Shown piece by piece: positions 21,901 to 33,679 of a DNA stretch of 64,000 bases. Where the stretch lies: NCBI GenBank assembly GCA_963816395.1, contig CAWFKQ010000013.1, positions 64,001 to 128,000 of the forward strand, in the 5' to 3' direction. Numbering within the stretch: position 1 is the stretch's first letter; every line of letters starts with the position of its first letter. The stretch comes from an uncultured delta proteobacterium (GTDB taxonomy: Bacteria; Desulfobacterota; Desulfuromonadia; Desulfuromonadales; JACZKF01). Both the position numbers and the translations under genes were made by a program. The notes beneath the pieces were generated by a model that searched no databases, was not told the DNA's origin, and worked only from the letters and a program-made list of their open reading frames with translations.

Positions 21901-24647
21901 GCAATCCCCTCGCCCCCTGCGGGGGAAGGGTCCCGGTGAGGGCCAACTGCCTGCTCCCCCTCACCCCAGCCCTCTGGCGCAAGGGAGAGGCGAGCGAATG
22001 GATCACCATCCGCAACGCCCGCGAGCACAACCTGCGGGGGGTGGACATCAGCATTCCCCGCGACCGCTTCACCGTCATCACCGGCGTCTCCGGCAGCGGC
22101 AAGAGCACGGTCGCCTTCGACATCCTCTTCGCCGAGGGGCAGCGCCGCTACCTGGAGTCGCTCAACGCCTACGCCCGGCAGTTCGTGCAGCCGGCCGCCC
22201 GCCCGGACGTCGACGCCATCGCCGGCATCCCGCCGACGGTCGCCATCGAGCAGCGCACCAGCCGCGGCGGGCGCAAGAGCACGGTGGCCACCCTCACCGA
22301 GATCTATCACTTCCTGCGCCTGCTCTACGTCAAGCTCGGCACCCAGCACTGCCCCGACTGCCGGCTGCCGATCGAGCCGCAGACCCGGGAGGCGATCCTG
22401 GCGGCGATCCTGCAGCGCTGGCGCGGCCGCCCGGTGACCCTGCTCGCCCCCCTGGTGACGGCGCGCAAGGGGCTCTACACCGATCTGGCCAAGTGGGCGG
22501 CCGGCAAGGGCTACGCTCACCTGCGGGTGGACGGGGAATTCCTCCCCACCGGCGAGTGGCCGCGCCTCGACCGCTTCCGCGAGCACAGCATCGAGCTGCC
22601 GGTGGGGGAGGCGGTGGCGGCCGCGGAGGGGGAGGAAACACTGCGGGAGTTGCTCGGCCGCGCCCTCGACTACGGCAAGGGGCTGGTGCAGGTGCTGGCT
22701 GCCGGAAGAGGACGCGCAGCCGGCCGTCTTCTCCACCCGACGGGCCTGCCCGGGGTGCGGCCGCAGCTTCGGCGAGCCGGACCCGCGCCTCTTCTCCTTC
22801 AACTCCAAGCACGGCTGGTGCCCGCGCTGCTACGGCACCGGCCTGGTGCTGCCCGGCTTCGACGCCGAGCAGACCGGCGAAGAGATCTGGTGGAACGCCT
22901 GGTGGGAGGGGGAGGAGAAGAGCTGCCCGGCCTGCGCCGGCCAGCGGCTGCGGCCGGAGGCGCTGGCGGTCACCTTCCGCGGGCGCAGCATCGCCGAGCT
23001 GACCGCCCTGCCGGTGACCGCCGCCGAGGATTTCTTCCAGCGGCCTGCAGCTGCAGGGGCGGGAAGAGCCGATCGCCCGCGACATCCTGCCGGAGATCGA
23101 CTCGCGGCTGCCAGTTCCTGCGCGAGGTGGGGCTCGGCTACCTCGGCCTCGACCGCGCCGCCCCCACCCTCTCCGGCGGCGAGGCGCAGCGCATCCGCCT
23201 GGCCGCCCAGCTCGGCTCCAACCTGCGCGGGGTCTGCTACATCCTCGACGAGCCGACCATCGGCCTGCACCCCCGGGACAACGAGATGCTCCTCGCCACC
23301 CTCGGCCGCCTGGAGGGGAAGGGGAACACGGTGGTGGTGGTCGAGCACGACGAGGAGACGATCCGCCGGGCCGAACACGTGATCGATCTCGGTCCCGGCG
23401 CCGGGGTGAACGGCGGGCATGTGGTGGCCGCCGGCACGGTGGCCGAGCTGATGCGCCATCCCGAGTCGGTGACCGGCCGCCTGCTGGCCGAGCCGCTGCG
23501 CCACCCCATCGCCAGCCGGCGGCCCACGGACCCGAAAACGCCGGCGCTGGAGGTCGTCGGCGCCCGCCTGCACAACCTGCAGGAACTGCGGGTGCGGTTC
23601 CCCCTCGGGCGGCTGGTCGGCGTCACCGGCGTCTCGGGCAGCGGCAAGAGCACCCTGGTGCGCCAGGTGCTCTACGACAACCTGCGCCGCCTGCTCAACG
23701 CCGGGCGGGGGAGACGGAGCCGGCCCTGCGCGGCTGCGCCGGGATCGGCGGCTGGCAGGCGGTGGGGCGGGTGCTGGAGGTGGATCAGACGCCGATCGGC
23801 AAGACGCCCCGCTCCTGCCCGGCGACCTACGTCGGCTTCTGGGACGCCATCCGCCGGCTGTTCGCCGGCACCCCGGAGGCGCGCATGCGCGGCTACGGCC
23901 CGGGGCGCTTTTCCTTCAACGTGCGCGGCGGGCGCTGCGACGGCTGCGACGGCCAGGGAATGAAGAAGATCGAGATGAGCTTCCTCCCCGACGTCAGCGT
24001 CCCCTGCGAGGTCTGCGGCGGCGCCCGCTTCAATCCGGAGACGCTGCTGGTCACCTTCAAGGGGAAGACGATCGCCGAGGTGCTGGCGATGAGCGTCGAC
24101 GAGGCGACCGGGTTCTTCGCCGCCCAGCGCCAGATCCACCACACCCTGCGGCTGCTGCAGGATGTCGGCCTCGGCTATCTCACCCTCGGCCAGCAGAGCC
24201 CGACCCTCTCCGGCGGCGAGGCGCAGCGGATCAAGCTGGTCACCGAGCTGGCCAAGGCGAAGACGCCCGGCAGACGGGAGCCGCACGGGCCCGCCGCGCC
24301 GAGGCCCAAGGCACGCCACCCTCTACATCCTCGACGAGCCGACCATCGGCCTGCACATGGCCGACGTGGAGAAGCTGGTGCGGGTGCTGCACCGGCTGGC
24401 GGACGCCGGCAATACGGTGGTGGTGATCGAGCACAACCTGGACGTCATCGCCGAGGCGGACTGGCTCATCGACCTCGGGCCGGAAGGGGGAGACGGGGGA
24501 GGGCGGCTGGTCGCCGAAGGGACGCCCGAAATGGTCGCCCGGGTGCGCCGGGATTCGCATACCGCCGCCTTTCTCGCCGATTTTATGCGCCAGCGCGGCG
24601 GCGAGAACGCGCCGGCGCCAGCCGCAGGCGGAGACAAAAAACGATAA
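18977..24647 (+). CDS. uvrA: double-length UvrA (two tandem UvrA units, four ABC ATPase domains); many frameshifts
   Basis: Four GVSGSGKS Walker A motifs (~19080, ~20936, ~22083, ~23628), four LSGGE signatures, DEP Walker B motifs, CxxC zinc fingers. Confidence 0.88.
20176..20262. repeat. two GGGGACAGGC palindromes inside uvrA coding sequence
   Basis: GGGGACAGGC..GCCTGTCCCC (20176-20209) and GGGGACAGGCACCTTTTC..GAAAAGGAGCCAGTCCCC (20224-20262). Confidence 0.75.
21905..21990. repeat. CCCCTCACCCCAGCCCTCT..[14 protein letters not shown] palindromic repeat at the junction of the two UvrA units
   Basis: Same family as the intergenic copy at 33457-33539. Confidence 0.65.
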
Positions 24648-24649
24648 TC

Positions 24650-25700
24650 CAAACCCGGGAAAGAATCCTTCTCTTCAGCCTTCTACTGCTCACCGTCCTG
24701 CTTCTGGGGATCGATCTCCGCCTGCCGCTTGGCATTGCCGGCGGGGTGCCATATGCGGCGGTGGTTCTGCTGTCCGCCTGGTCCGTGAACCGGCGGCTGC
24801 CCCTTTGCATGGCCGCCGTCTGTACCGCGTTGACCCTCGGCGGTCTCTTCTGGTCGCCAGCCGGCGGCAGTCCGGGGCAGGTATTCACCAACCGCGGGCT
24901 CGCCATATGCATCCTCTGGTCACTGGCATATTCGCCTATCTCCGCCGCCGGACGGAGGAGGCGCCTTCGCGAAAACGGAATCTAGCCACGGAAAAGATGG
25001 CTGATAAATCTGAATCAATGCCTTCGTGCGTACCGTCTCGCACGACCTGCGCAGAGGGCTGACACCAAAGATCATATGCCATTTTTTGCGGAGGGTTTAG
25101 CCCCCTTTGGTTGTTGAGGGGAGAGCCGTGGTGACCGAAAATCGAGAATAACGGTCGACGGATGCTTGCTCTGCTCGAGGATCTTCTGGCTCTGGCCCGG
25201 ACCGGACATGTGGAACCGCCGGTGGAGGCGGTCGATGTGCAGCGCCTGGTGGACGGCCTGCTGGCGGCCCGCCAGGAAGCGGCAATGGCGGAGGGCGCCC
25301 TCATTCACCGCGGCCAACTCCCCCCGGCCGCGGTGCCGGAGAGCCTGCTCGATGCAGATCTTCGCCAACCTGATCGACAACGCCATCCATTATGCCGGAC
25401 GGGCAGGCCACATAGAGATCGGCGGCGAGCGCGAGGGGAAAACAGTGTTCTATTTTCAAGTCCTTGAAAATGCCGGGAATTTCGGATTTGATCCGAGAAT
25501 TTTCAATGCGTTTTTTAGCGTTTTCACCGACCGGTCGCGGATCGGCAGCGGTGTCGGCTTGGCCATCGTGCGCAAGATCGCCGCCCATTACGGCGGCCGC
25601 GCCTGGGTTGAGGAGACGCCGGGCGGCGGCAGTACTTTCCGGGTGGAGATGATTGATGCCGGGCCGCCGAGGGCAGACAGTCGAGGCTGTCGCCCACGCC
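24650..25700 (+). pseudogene. disrupted membrane sensor histidine kinase (boundaries approximate)
   Basis: TM segments, H-box AFVRTVSHDLR, QIFANLIDNAIHY, GSGVGLAIVRKI, GGRAWVEETPGGGSTF spread over several frames; no clear start. Confidence 0.6.
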
Positions 25701-28700
25701 CATCTCCCTCATGCCAGGGGCCTCCCCCATTCCCGCCGCCAATCCCCGGTAATCCCGCTCGAAACCGCAGGCCCGCAGAAATCCCAAGGGGGAATCCGCG
25801 GCCGGTACCCCGTCGATCTTCTCGATGGTGAGCAGCCCCCGCCAGCCGCCGCGGGGGAGGCGGCGCAGGGCGCGGCAGGCGGCGGCCAGCGCTGCCTCGT
25901 CCGTCCCCGCGGGGAAAGTGGTCAGCTGCCGGCCGCCCGGGGCCAGGTAAAGAACCGGCCGGCCGGCGACCAGCACCACCCAGGCGCCGGCCACCCGCCG
26001 CGGCCGGCTGCCTTCGCCGCCACCAACTGCCGGCCAGGGGAGCAGGGCGCCGAAGGGGTTGGCGGGGTCGAGAGCGGCGAGAATCTGTACTTCTCCATCC
26101 CATACCCTCCTGCTGGCGGAACTCCCGCAGCCAGTCGATGGCGCCCGGTAGGGCGAACTGGGCGCCGGCGAGTCCTTCGACGAAGTAGCCGCGGCGTACC
26201 CGGCCGGCTTCCTCCATCGCCTGCAGGACCTTGTACAACGGGCCGAACCCGCCGCCCAGTTCCTCGCTCTGGGCCGCTTCGCGGCTGACAATCCCGTAGC
26301 GCTCCAGGAGCATCTCCGCCCGCGCCAGTGCCCGCTCGGTCTCGCCGAGGCGCGGATCGCGCAGATGGCGCACCAGCGACCAGCGGCCGCCGGCCAGGGG
26401 CTGTCCGGCACGCTGCCGGCCGCGGGCGGTGCGGGGCAATGGCCGGCCGAGGGCGCGCAGAGGGGCGAAGGTGTCGTTGGTGACCAGGCCCGCCCACACC
26501 AGCTCCCACAGGGCGGCGCGGAAGTCGGCGCCGGTAGCTCCGGGGCAGGCGCCGCGCACCGCCGTCTCCAGTTCCACCAGGAAGGAGGCGCCGCGCTGTT
26601 CCAGGTGCGTCAGGATGGCGGCGGCCAGCGCCCCCGTCGGCGCTTCTGCCGGCTCCGGCGGCAGCAGCCGGGCGGCCTGTTCCCGCCGGTAGAGGACGAT
26701 GCGGCCGTCCCGCTTTCCCAGGCGTCCCTGCCCCACCCAGACGATGCGGCCGGCGGCGGCGAGCAGGTCGAGCTGGTCGACGGTGAAGCCGCTCACCCGC
26801 TGCGGCAGCAGGACGGTGGCCAGCAGAGACCAGGGGAGGGGCAATCCCTCCAGTTGGGCGACCGTCTCGAGAAGCCGCTGGCTACCGCCGCGGTTGCCGC
26901 CGATCCCCTGCCAGGCTGGCAGAAAGCGGGCCAGCGCCGCCGCGTCCACCGCCTCCGCCTCCCGCCGCAGGCGGGCCAGGGTGCGCCGGCGCAGACGGCG
27001 CAACACCTCGGTATCGCACCAGTCCGGCTCAGCGCCCCCCGGGCGGATCTCGCCGCGCACCAGCACCCCCTCACGTTCCAAAGCGCGCAGCGCCGATTCC
27101 ACCAGCGCCGGTCGCAGACCGAAGCGGGCGGCCGCCTGAACGCCGAGGAAGGGGCCGTGGTGACGGGCGAAGCGGCGCAGCAGGTCCTCGAGGGGATGCT
27201 CCGCCGGTTCGAGAAAGGAATCGGGCAGGCCGGTCGGTAGCCGGACGCCGAGGGCGTCGCGATAGCGGCCGGCGTCCTCGGCGGCGATCCAGCGCCGCTC
27301 TCCCGCCACTGCGATTTCGGCGGCGCGCCGCTGGCGCTGCAGCTCCGTCAGCCACGGGCGGGGATCGCCGGTGCAGCGGGCGGCGAGCTCCGTCTCCGTG
27401 AGATCGCCCAGGCGGCGCAGCAGGTCGTGCAGTTCATCGAGGTCGACGGCCCGGCGGTCGGCCGCCAGGTGCTGCAGCTCCGCTTCCACCTCGGCCACCG
27501 CCTCCGGGTCGAGCAGTTCCCGCAGCTCGGGCTGCCCCAACAGCTCCCCGAGCAGGCGGCGGTCGAGGGTGAGGGCCTGCGCCTTGCGCTCGGCCAGAGG
27601 GGCATCCCCCTCGTAGAGAAAGGCGGCGACCCAGGCGAAGACGAGGGAGCGGGCGAAGGGGGAGGCGGTCGGGGTCTCCACCGCCGTCACCTCGATCTGG
27701 CGGCGGCGCACCTGGCGCAGCAGCGCCTTCAGCGAGGGCAGGTCGAAGAGGTCGGAGAGGGCTTGCCGGTAGGTCTCCAGCACCACCGGGAAGTCGGGAT
27801 AGCGGCGCACCGCGGCGAGCAGCTGCTGCGCCTTCTGGCGCTGCGCCCACAGCGGCCGGCGGCGGTCGGGGCGGCGGCGCGGCAGGAGCAGGGCGCGGGC
27901 GGCGTTTTCCCGGAACAGACCGGCGAACAAGGCGGTATCGGCGAGCTGGGCGGTGACCAGCTCTTCTACCTCCTCCGGAGCGGGGAAGAGCAGGTCGACC
28001 GGCGGCAGCTCCTCGGCATCGGCCAGGCGCAGGACGATGCCGTCGTCGGTGTACATCATCTGCATCGCGAAGCCGCCGCGCTCCGCGAAGCGGCGCTGCA
28101 GGGCCATCGCCCAGGGGGCGTGCAGGGGTACGCCGAAGGGGGATAGAATGCAGATCCGCCAGTCCCCCAGTTCGTCGCGGAAACGCTCGACGGTGATGGC
28201 GCGGTCGGTGGGCAGGGTGCCGGTGTGCGCCTGCTGCTCGGCCAGGTAGGCGGCGAGGTTCTCGGCGGCAGGGCGGTCCAGGGGTGTTTCCGCCAGCAGG
28301 CGGCGCACGGCCTCGGCCGGCGGCAGGGCGCCGATCTCGCGGACGAAGGCGCCGAGAGCCCGACCGAGCTCGACCGGCCTTCCGGGTCCCTCGCCGTGCC
28401 AGAAGGGGAGGCGCCCCGGCTGGCCGGGGGCGGGGGAGACGATGACCCGGTCATGGGTGATCTCCTCCACCCGCCAGGTGCTGGCGCCGAGCAGGATGTT
28501 GTCGCCGGGGCGGCTTTCGAAGACCATTTCCTCATCGAGCTCCCCCAGACGCGGCCCGTCCGGCCCGAGCCGCACCGGGTAATTGCCGCGGTCGGGGATG
28601 GTGCCGGCGTTCATCCGCGTCAGCAGGAGGGTGCCGCGCCGGGGGGAGAGCAGGTCGTGGTCCCGGTCCCAGGCGAGCAGCGGCCGCAGGTCGGCGAATT

Positions 28701-30105
28701 CGGAGGAGGGATAATGGCCGGAGAGCATCTCCAGCACCGCCTGCAGGGCGCCGTCGGTCAGCTCCCGGAAGGGCCAGGCGCGGCGGACCAGGGCGCCGAT
28801 CTCCGCCGGCGTGTGCGGCCGCTCGCAGCAGAGGGCTGCCACCTGCTGGGCGAGCACGTCCAGGGGATTCTTCGGTATCCGCAGCGCCTCGATCTCGCCG
28901 CGCCGCATGCGCCCGGCAACCACCGCGCACTCCAGGAGATCGCCGCGGAACTTGGGAAAGATGCGCCCGACGCTCACCGCCTCCACCCGGTGGCCGGCGC
29001 GACCGATGCGCTGCAGACCGCGCGCCACCGAGCCCGGCGATTCCACCTGCAGCACCAGGTCGACCGCGCCCATGTCGATGCCCAGCTCCAGGGAGCTGGT
29101 GGCGACGATGCCGCGCAGGCTGCCGTCCTTGAGCCCTTCCTCGATCGCCAGCCGCCGCTCGCGGGAGACGCTGCCGTGATGGGCGCGCACCAGCTCCTCG
29201 CCGGCCAGTTCGTTCAGGCGCCTGGTCAGCCGCTCGCACAGGCCGCGGCTGTTGACGAAGACGATGGTGGCGCGGTTGGCGCGGATCTGCGCCAGCAGGG
29301 CGGGGTAGATGGCCGGCCAGATTCCCCGCTCCCCCGTCCGACCCGTTTCGTCGACCGCTGCCGGGGGATGCTCCATGTCGGACACCGGCACGGCCACTTG
29401 CAGGTCGAGCCGCGGCGGCGCCGCGGCGTCCACCACCGTCACCGGCCGGCCGCCGCCGAGGAAGCTGGCGATCTCCGCCGTCGGTCTTACGGTGGCGGAG
29501 AGGCCGAGGCGCTGCGGGTCGGTGCCGGTCAGGTCCGCCAGGCGCTCCAGGGAGAGGGAGAGATGGCTGCCGCGCTTGCTCGGGGCGAGGGCGTGCACCT
29601 CGTCGACGATCACCGTGCGTACCGTGCGCAGGGTATCGCGGGCCTGCGAGCCGAGGAGCAGAAAGAGGGATTCCGGGGTGGTGACCAGGATGTCGGCCGG
29701 TTGACGCATCTGCTGCCGCCGTTCGCGCGGCGGGGTGTCGCCGGTGCGCACGTCCACCCGCAGCGCCCGGACGGCCGTCCCCAGGCGTTCGGCGGTGCGC
29801 TCGATGCCGGCCAGCGGCGCCCGCAGGTTGCGCTCGATATCGTAGACCAGCGCCTTCAGCGGCGAGACATAGAGAACCCGCACCCCGGGTTCGGTTCCCG
29901 GCGGCAGGCGGCCGAGGCTGTCGATCGCCCAGAGGAAGGCGGCCAGCGTTTTGCCGCTGCCGGTGGGGGCGATGAGCAGCGCGTGGCCGCCGCCGGCGAT
30001 CGCCTGCCAGCCGCGTCGCTGCACCTCGGTCGGACCGGGGAACGTCTCGGTGAACCAGGCGCGCACGGGGGTGCTGAAAGAGGAGTGCAGCAAGGAAGCG
30101 GCCAT
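25700..30105 (-). CDS. lhr: Lhr family DEAD/DEAH helicase, long form with C-terminal winged-helix/glycosylase-like region (frameshift ~26100; 3' end approximate)
   Basis: APTGSGKT, YVSPLKAL, VDEVH, GLSAT, HHGS, SSLELGIDMG, QRIGRAGH, AGTIPDRG, RRGYFVEGLAGAQFA, DPANPFG. Confidence 0.92.
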
Positions 30106-30159
30106 GAAGCCAGCATAACACGGCGCGGTCAGGGTGGTGGAGAGGGACGGGTCGTATGC

Positions 30160-30196
30160 AAAAAAGGAGGGCGGCTCCGGGCCGCCCTCCCTTTTT
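30160..30196. terminator. bidirectional-type intrinsic terminator after pepF
   Basis: AAAAAAGGAGGGCGGC-tccgg-GCCGCCCTCCCTTTTT. Confidence 0.8.
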
Positions 30197-30357
30197 GCCA
30201 TGGAAACGAAGCTTTATTGCAGTACACCGGTGATGGTCGCTCCGTCGGAGCAGCGATTACTCCCCCTATTAATCTCGCGGACGGATGATTTGCAGGAAGG
30301 TGGTTTAAAAAACGGGGAAGGACGTCCATGCCGCCTTCCCCGCTTTGCGGTCTGCTG

Positions 30358-32153
30358 TTACGCTCCCCCCACCAGAGCTTTCAGCTCGTCGAGCAGGGTA
30401 CGCACGAAATCGTACCCCTTCTGCCAGAAATCGGGATCCGCCAGATCGATCCCCAGCGGCTTCAGCAGCTCCTGCGGCGCCCGGCTGCTGCCGGCGGCCA
30501 GCAGATCCAGATATTTCGGAACAAAGGAAGTCCCCTCCTCCAGATATTTCTGGTACAGGGCCAGCACCAGCAGTTCGCCGAAGACATAGCTGTAGCAGTA
30601 GAAACGGGCGTGGATGAAGTGGCTGATGTAGCTCCAGCCCCAGCGGTAGGGCTCGAGCATCTCCACGCTGTCGCCGAACAGCTTCTGGTTCTCCTCCCAC
30701 CAGATCCGGCTGTAATCCTCCGGGGCGAGCAACCCTTTACGGCCCGTTCACGATGGGCGGCGAGTTCGAAACGGGTGAGGGCATTCTGCCGGAAGGTCGT
30801 GGCGTAGATGTCCTCCAGGCGGGCGCAGAGCAGTTCGATCTTCAACTGCCGGTCGGCTTCCCGGCCGAGCAGGTGCCGGGTCAGCAGCATTTCGCCGAAG
30901 ACGCTGGCCGTCTCCGCCATCGGCAGCGGAGCATGATAATGGAAGATGTTCTGCTTCTGGGAAAGGGAGGAATGCACTCCGTGCCCGAGTTCATGCGCCA
31001 GGGTGGCCACGTCCCGCAGGTTGCCGGTGAAGTTGAGCAGCAGGTAGGGTGGGAGCCCCGGCAGCATCCCCTGGCAGAAGGCGCCGCCGCTTTTCCCCGG
31101 GCGGGGGAGAGCATCGATGCGGCGCTCGTCGAAAAAGGCGGCGCCGACCTCCGCCAGGCGGGGGGAGAAGCCGGCGAAAGCGGCCAGAACCAGCTCTTTC
31201 GCCTCGCCAAAGGAATAGTGCCGACTGGCGCCGCCGATCGGTGCATAGATATCGGTGTTGCGCATCCGCTCCAGGCCCAGGAGTTGCCGCTTCACCTCGA
31301 AATAGTCCCGGGCCAGACCGTAGTTGGCTTCGGTCACCTCCATCAGCCGCGCCACCATGGCCGGCTCGGTTTCACTCGCCAGGTGGGTAGGTGTCATGAT
31401 GTCGGGATAACGGCGCAGTTCGACTTCCTTGGCGTGGTCGAGGAGCAGATTGTTGAAGCAGCTGGTCAGGACCAGGGCATGCTCAGCGTGCCGCGTCATA
31501 AAGGTCGTGAAAGCGCGCTCCCGGACGTGCCGCTCCGGATGATGGAGCAGGGCCAGCAGCTCCTCGCCGGTCACTTCCCGCTCCGCCTCTTCGCCGGGCA
31601 GGCGAAACAGATAGCGGAAGGAAGCGGTCAGCTCTTCGAACAACTGGACGAAGGCCTCGCGGCCGGAGAGGTCCTTGCGCTTGAGGACCTGCTCCACCTC
31701 CTCCGAGAGGGTGAAGGGGGCATGGGCGCGCAGGCGCTGCAGATAATGGGTATAGACGACGACTTCCGGCTCCTTGAGCAGGGCCGCGAAGCGCTCCTCG
31801 TCGATGGCCAGAATCTCCAGCTCAAAGAAGATGACTTCTTCGCTGACCGCGGTCCATAATTCACGGACCTGCGACAACATTGCCCGATGGCGGGGAGACG
31901 TGGTATCGGCGGCAAACAGGAGCTGGGCGTAGAGGTAGGGCTTGAGCCCCAGCCGCTGCAGCTCCTCATAGTTCTTCAGGGCCGCCGCCAGCAGGTCGGA
32001 AGAGAGGGCCTCCGAGGCGATGCGGCCCCGGAAATCACGCCGGAAAATCTTCGCCTTCTCCCGGGTCCGGGTCAGGTCCGCGACCCAGTGCTCATCCTCC
32101 GGTCCCCCGTAGAGCGGCGACAGGTCCCAGCTCAGCTCGGTGACGTCGTTCAT
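30358..32153 (-). CDS. pepF: M3B oligoendopeptidase F (frameshift ~30735)
   Basis: WDLSPLY, GKSGGAFC, TLAHELGHGVH, AETASVFGE, WSYISHF..FYCYSYVFG. Confidence 0.9.
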
Positions 32154-32340
32154 GTCTTGAAAACCTCCTGTAAAAGAAGGAAGAAAACTTATCGACTGGC
32201 GGCCCTGCTGTCAATGGCAAAATCCTTTGACCGCCGCGTCCCTGCCATGCTACAAAAATCACTCCGGTGAAGTGCCTGTCTGCAGGCTGCACGTCGAAGC
32301 ACGCCGGTTAATAGCAGTACCTGTCCAAGCGGGAGGAGAC

Positions 32341-32844
32341 ATGAATCTGGATGAGTTCAACCAGCAACTGGCCGCCGGCGACGGACGTACTGAAGCAGTG
32401 GCCCGCGCCCTCAGCCAGTTTTTCCAGGTGCAGACCGATGAGATCGGCATTTTCGCTTATCAGCCGAACCTCGAGATTATCCGCTTTCTCTGGCCACGGA
32501 AATTGCAGTCCCTGGGTTTCCTGCCGCTTTCCTCTCCCGATTCCCTGGCCGCCAAGACCCTGCGGGAGAATAAAGCCTATCTCAACAATCGCTTCGCCAC
32601 CACCATTCATCCCTCCATTTTCGAGAAAGTCAAACTCGACAAAGAGAAAACGGAGGCACCCACTCCCGTGCAGAAGATCCTCAGCGTGCCGCTGCAGGTC
32701 GGGGGAGTGAAGACCGGCGTCGTGCAGATTTGCCGCAAAGGTCCCACTCCGGCCGAGGCCGGCGTCGATTTCAGCAAGGAAGATCTCGCCGCCCTGGTGG
32801 AAATCGCCCGGAAAATCGCGCCCCTCCTCGAAGTGCAGGGGTAA
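32341..32844 (+). CDS. stand-alone GAF-domain protein
   Basis: SLAAKTLRE...QKILSVPL..GVVQICRK..FSKEDL GAF pattern; GGAGGAG RBS. Confidence 0.7.
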   Translation: MNLDEFNQQLAAGDGRTEAVARALSQFFQVQTDEIGIFAYQPNLEIIRFLWPRKLQSLGFLPLSSPDSLAAKTLRENKAYLNNRFATTIHPSIFEKVKLDKEKTEAPTPVQKILSVPLQVGGVKTGVVQICRKGPTPAEAGVDFSKEDLAALVEIARKIAPLLEVQG

Positions 32845-33117
32845 ATTAGAGTCTAACGGCAACCTTTGCTTCCGCTGGATTCTCCAGGCCTCTTCTTCCC
32901 TGAATCCTCTCCTCCTCCGTCTCTTGTAACAACCTCCCTTGCTTGGCAGCAGTCAATTGCGTCTCTTTCTTTCAGTCTCGCCGCCAGAAACTTTCGGTCA
33001 TTGGATTAACGGCCCGGAACCCAGCGGTACTCCTTAGGGATTCCCGCCCTGTGACAGGACTGGAAAAGGGGCCGGGATTTGCTAACCTGAAGGCAGGAAA
33101 GCTAAAGGAGAGACGTG

Positions 33118-33415
33118 ATGAGCATTCGGTTGTGGTCAACCATGGCGATGGCGGTCCTGCTGGCCGGCTGCGCGGCTCCCTCCGGCCAGTGGACCTGGGT
33201 GCCCGCCCAGGAATCCGGTGTAGAGAACCTTTCGCAGGCGATCGCCGATTGCGAATATTACTCGCAGGTCGTCAATTCGAATGGTAACTTCAAGGGCTTC
33301 GAGAATGCCCGTCCCTACGGGGGATGGGGAGACTTTCTCCTTCGAGTTCTGCATGAATCAACGGGGATGGGAGCTGCGCTATCTGCCGCGGAAGGTGTCC
33401 GTCGCGCGAAGATAA
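33118..33415 (+). CDS. hypothetical lipoprotein (frameshift ~33335)
   Basis: LLAGC lipobox; DCEYY and, in shifted frame, FCMNQRGW; GGAG RBS. Confidence 0.6.
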
Positions 33416-33456
33416 TCTGGAGGCGTTTTGACACGGAGCCACGGAGGCACAGAGAA

Positions 33457-33539
33457 CCCCCTCTCCCTAACCCTCTCCCACCAGGGGAGAGGGGAATTTA
33501 AGCTCCCCTCCCTTCGATGGGAGGGGCTGGGGGAGGGTG
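33457..33539. repeat. paired CCCTCTCCC/GGGAGAGGG palindromic repeat
   Basis: CCCCTCTCCCTAACCCTCTCCC..GGGAGAGGGG and CCCCTCCC..GGGAGGGGCTGGGGGAGGG. Confidence 0.7.
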
Positions 33540-33602
33540 CAAGGCAGCGGTTTCAGACCAGATGCGGAGGCGCAATCTTCTAGCCGGTGCTCGCTGCAGA
33601 GC

Positions 33603-33634
33603 AAAAAAAATGGGCAGAATAAAATTCTGCCCAT
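33603..33634 (-). terminator. intrinsic terminator after porin
   Basis: AATGGGCAGAAT/ATTCTGCCCATT stem with T-run on minus strand. Confidence 0.8.
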
Positions 33635-33679
33635 TACCAAATATTAGGAGGTATTGAATAAATCGGCTAACCGATCATC

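Noticed and set aside
25524..25831. Real antisense overlap between the lhr 3' end and the kinase 3' end
   Set aside because: Both ends are extended by probable indels, so the true stops cannot be fixed
32944..32960. sigma54 promoter TGGCAG...TTGC
   Set aside because: Spacing between the -24 and -12 elements is two bases too long
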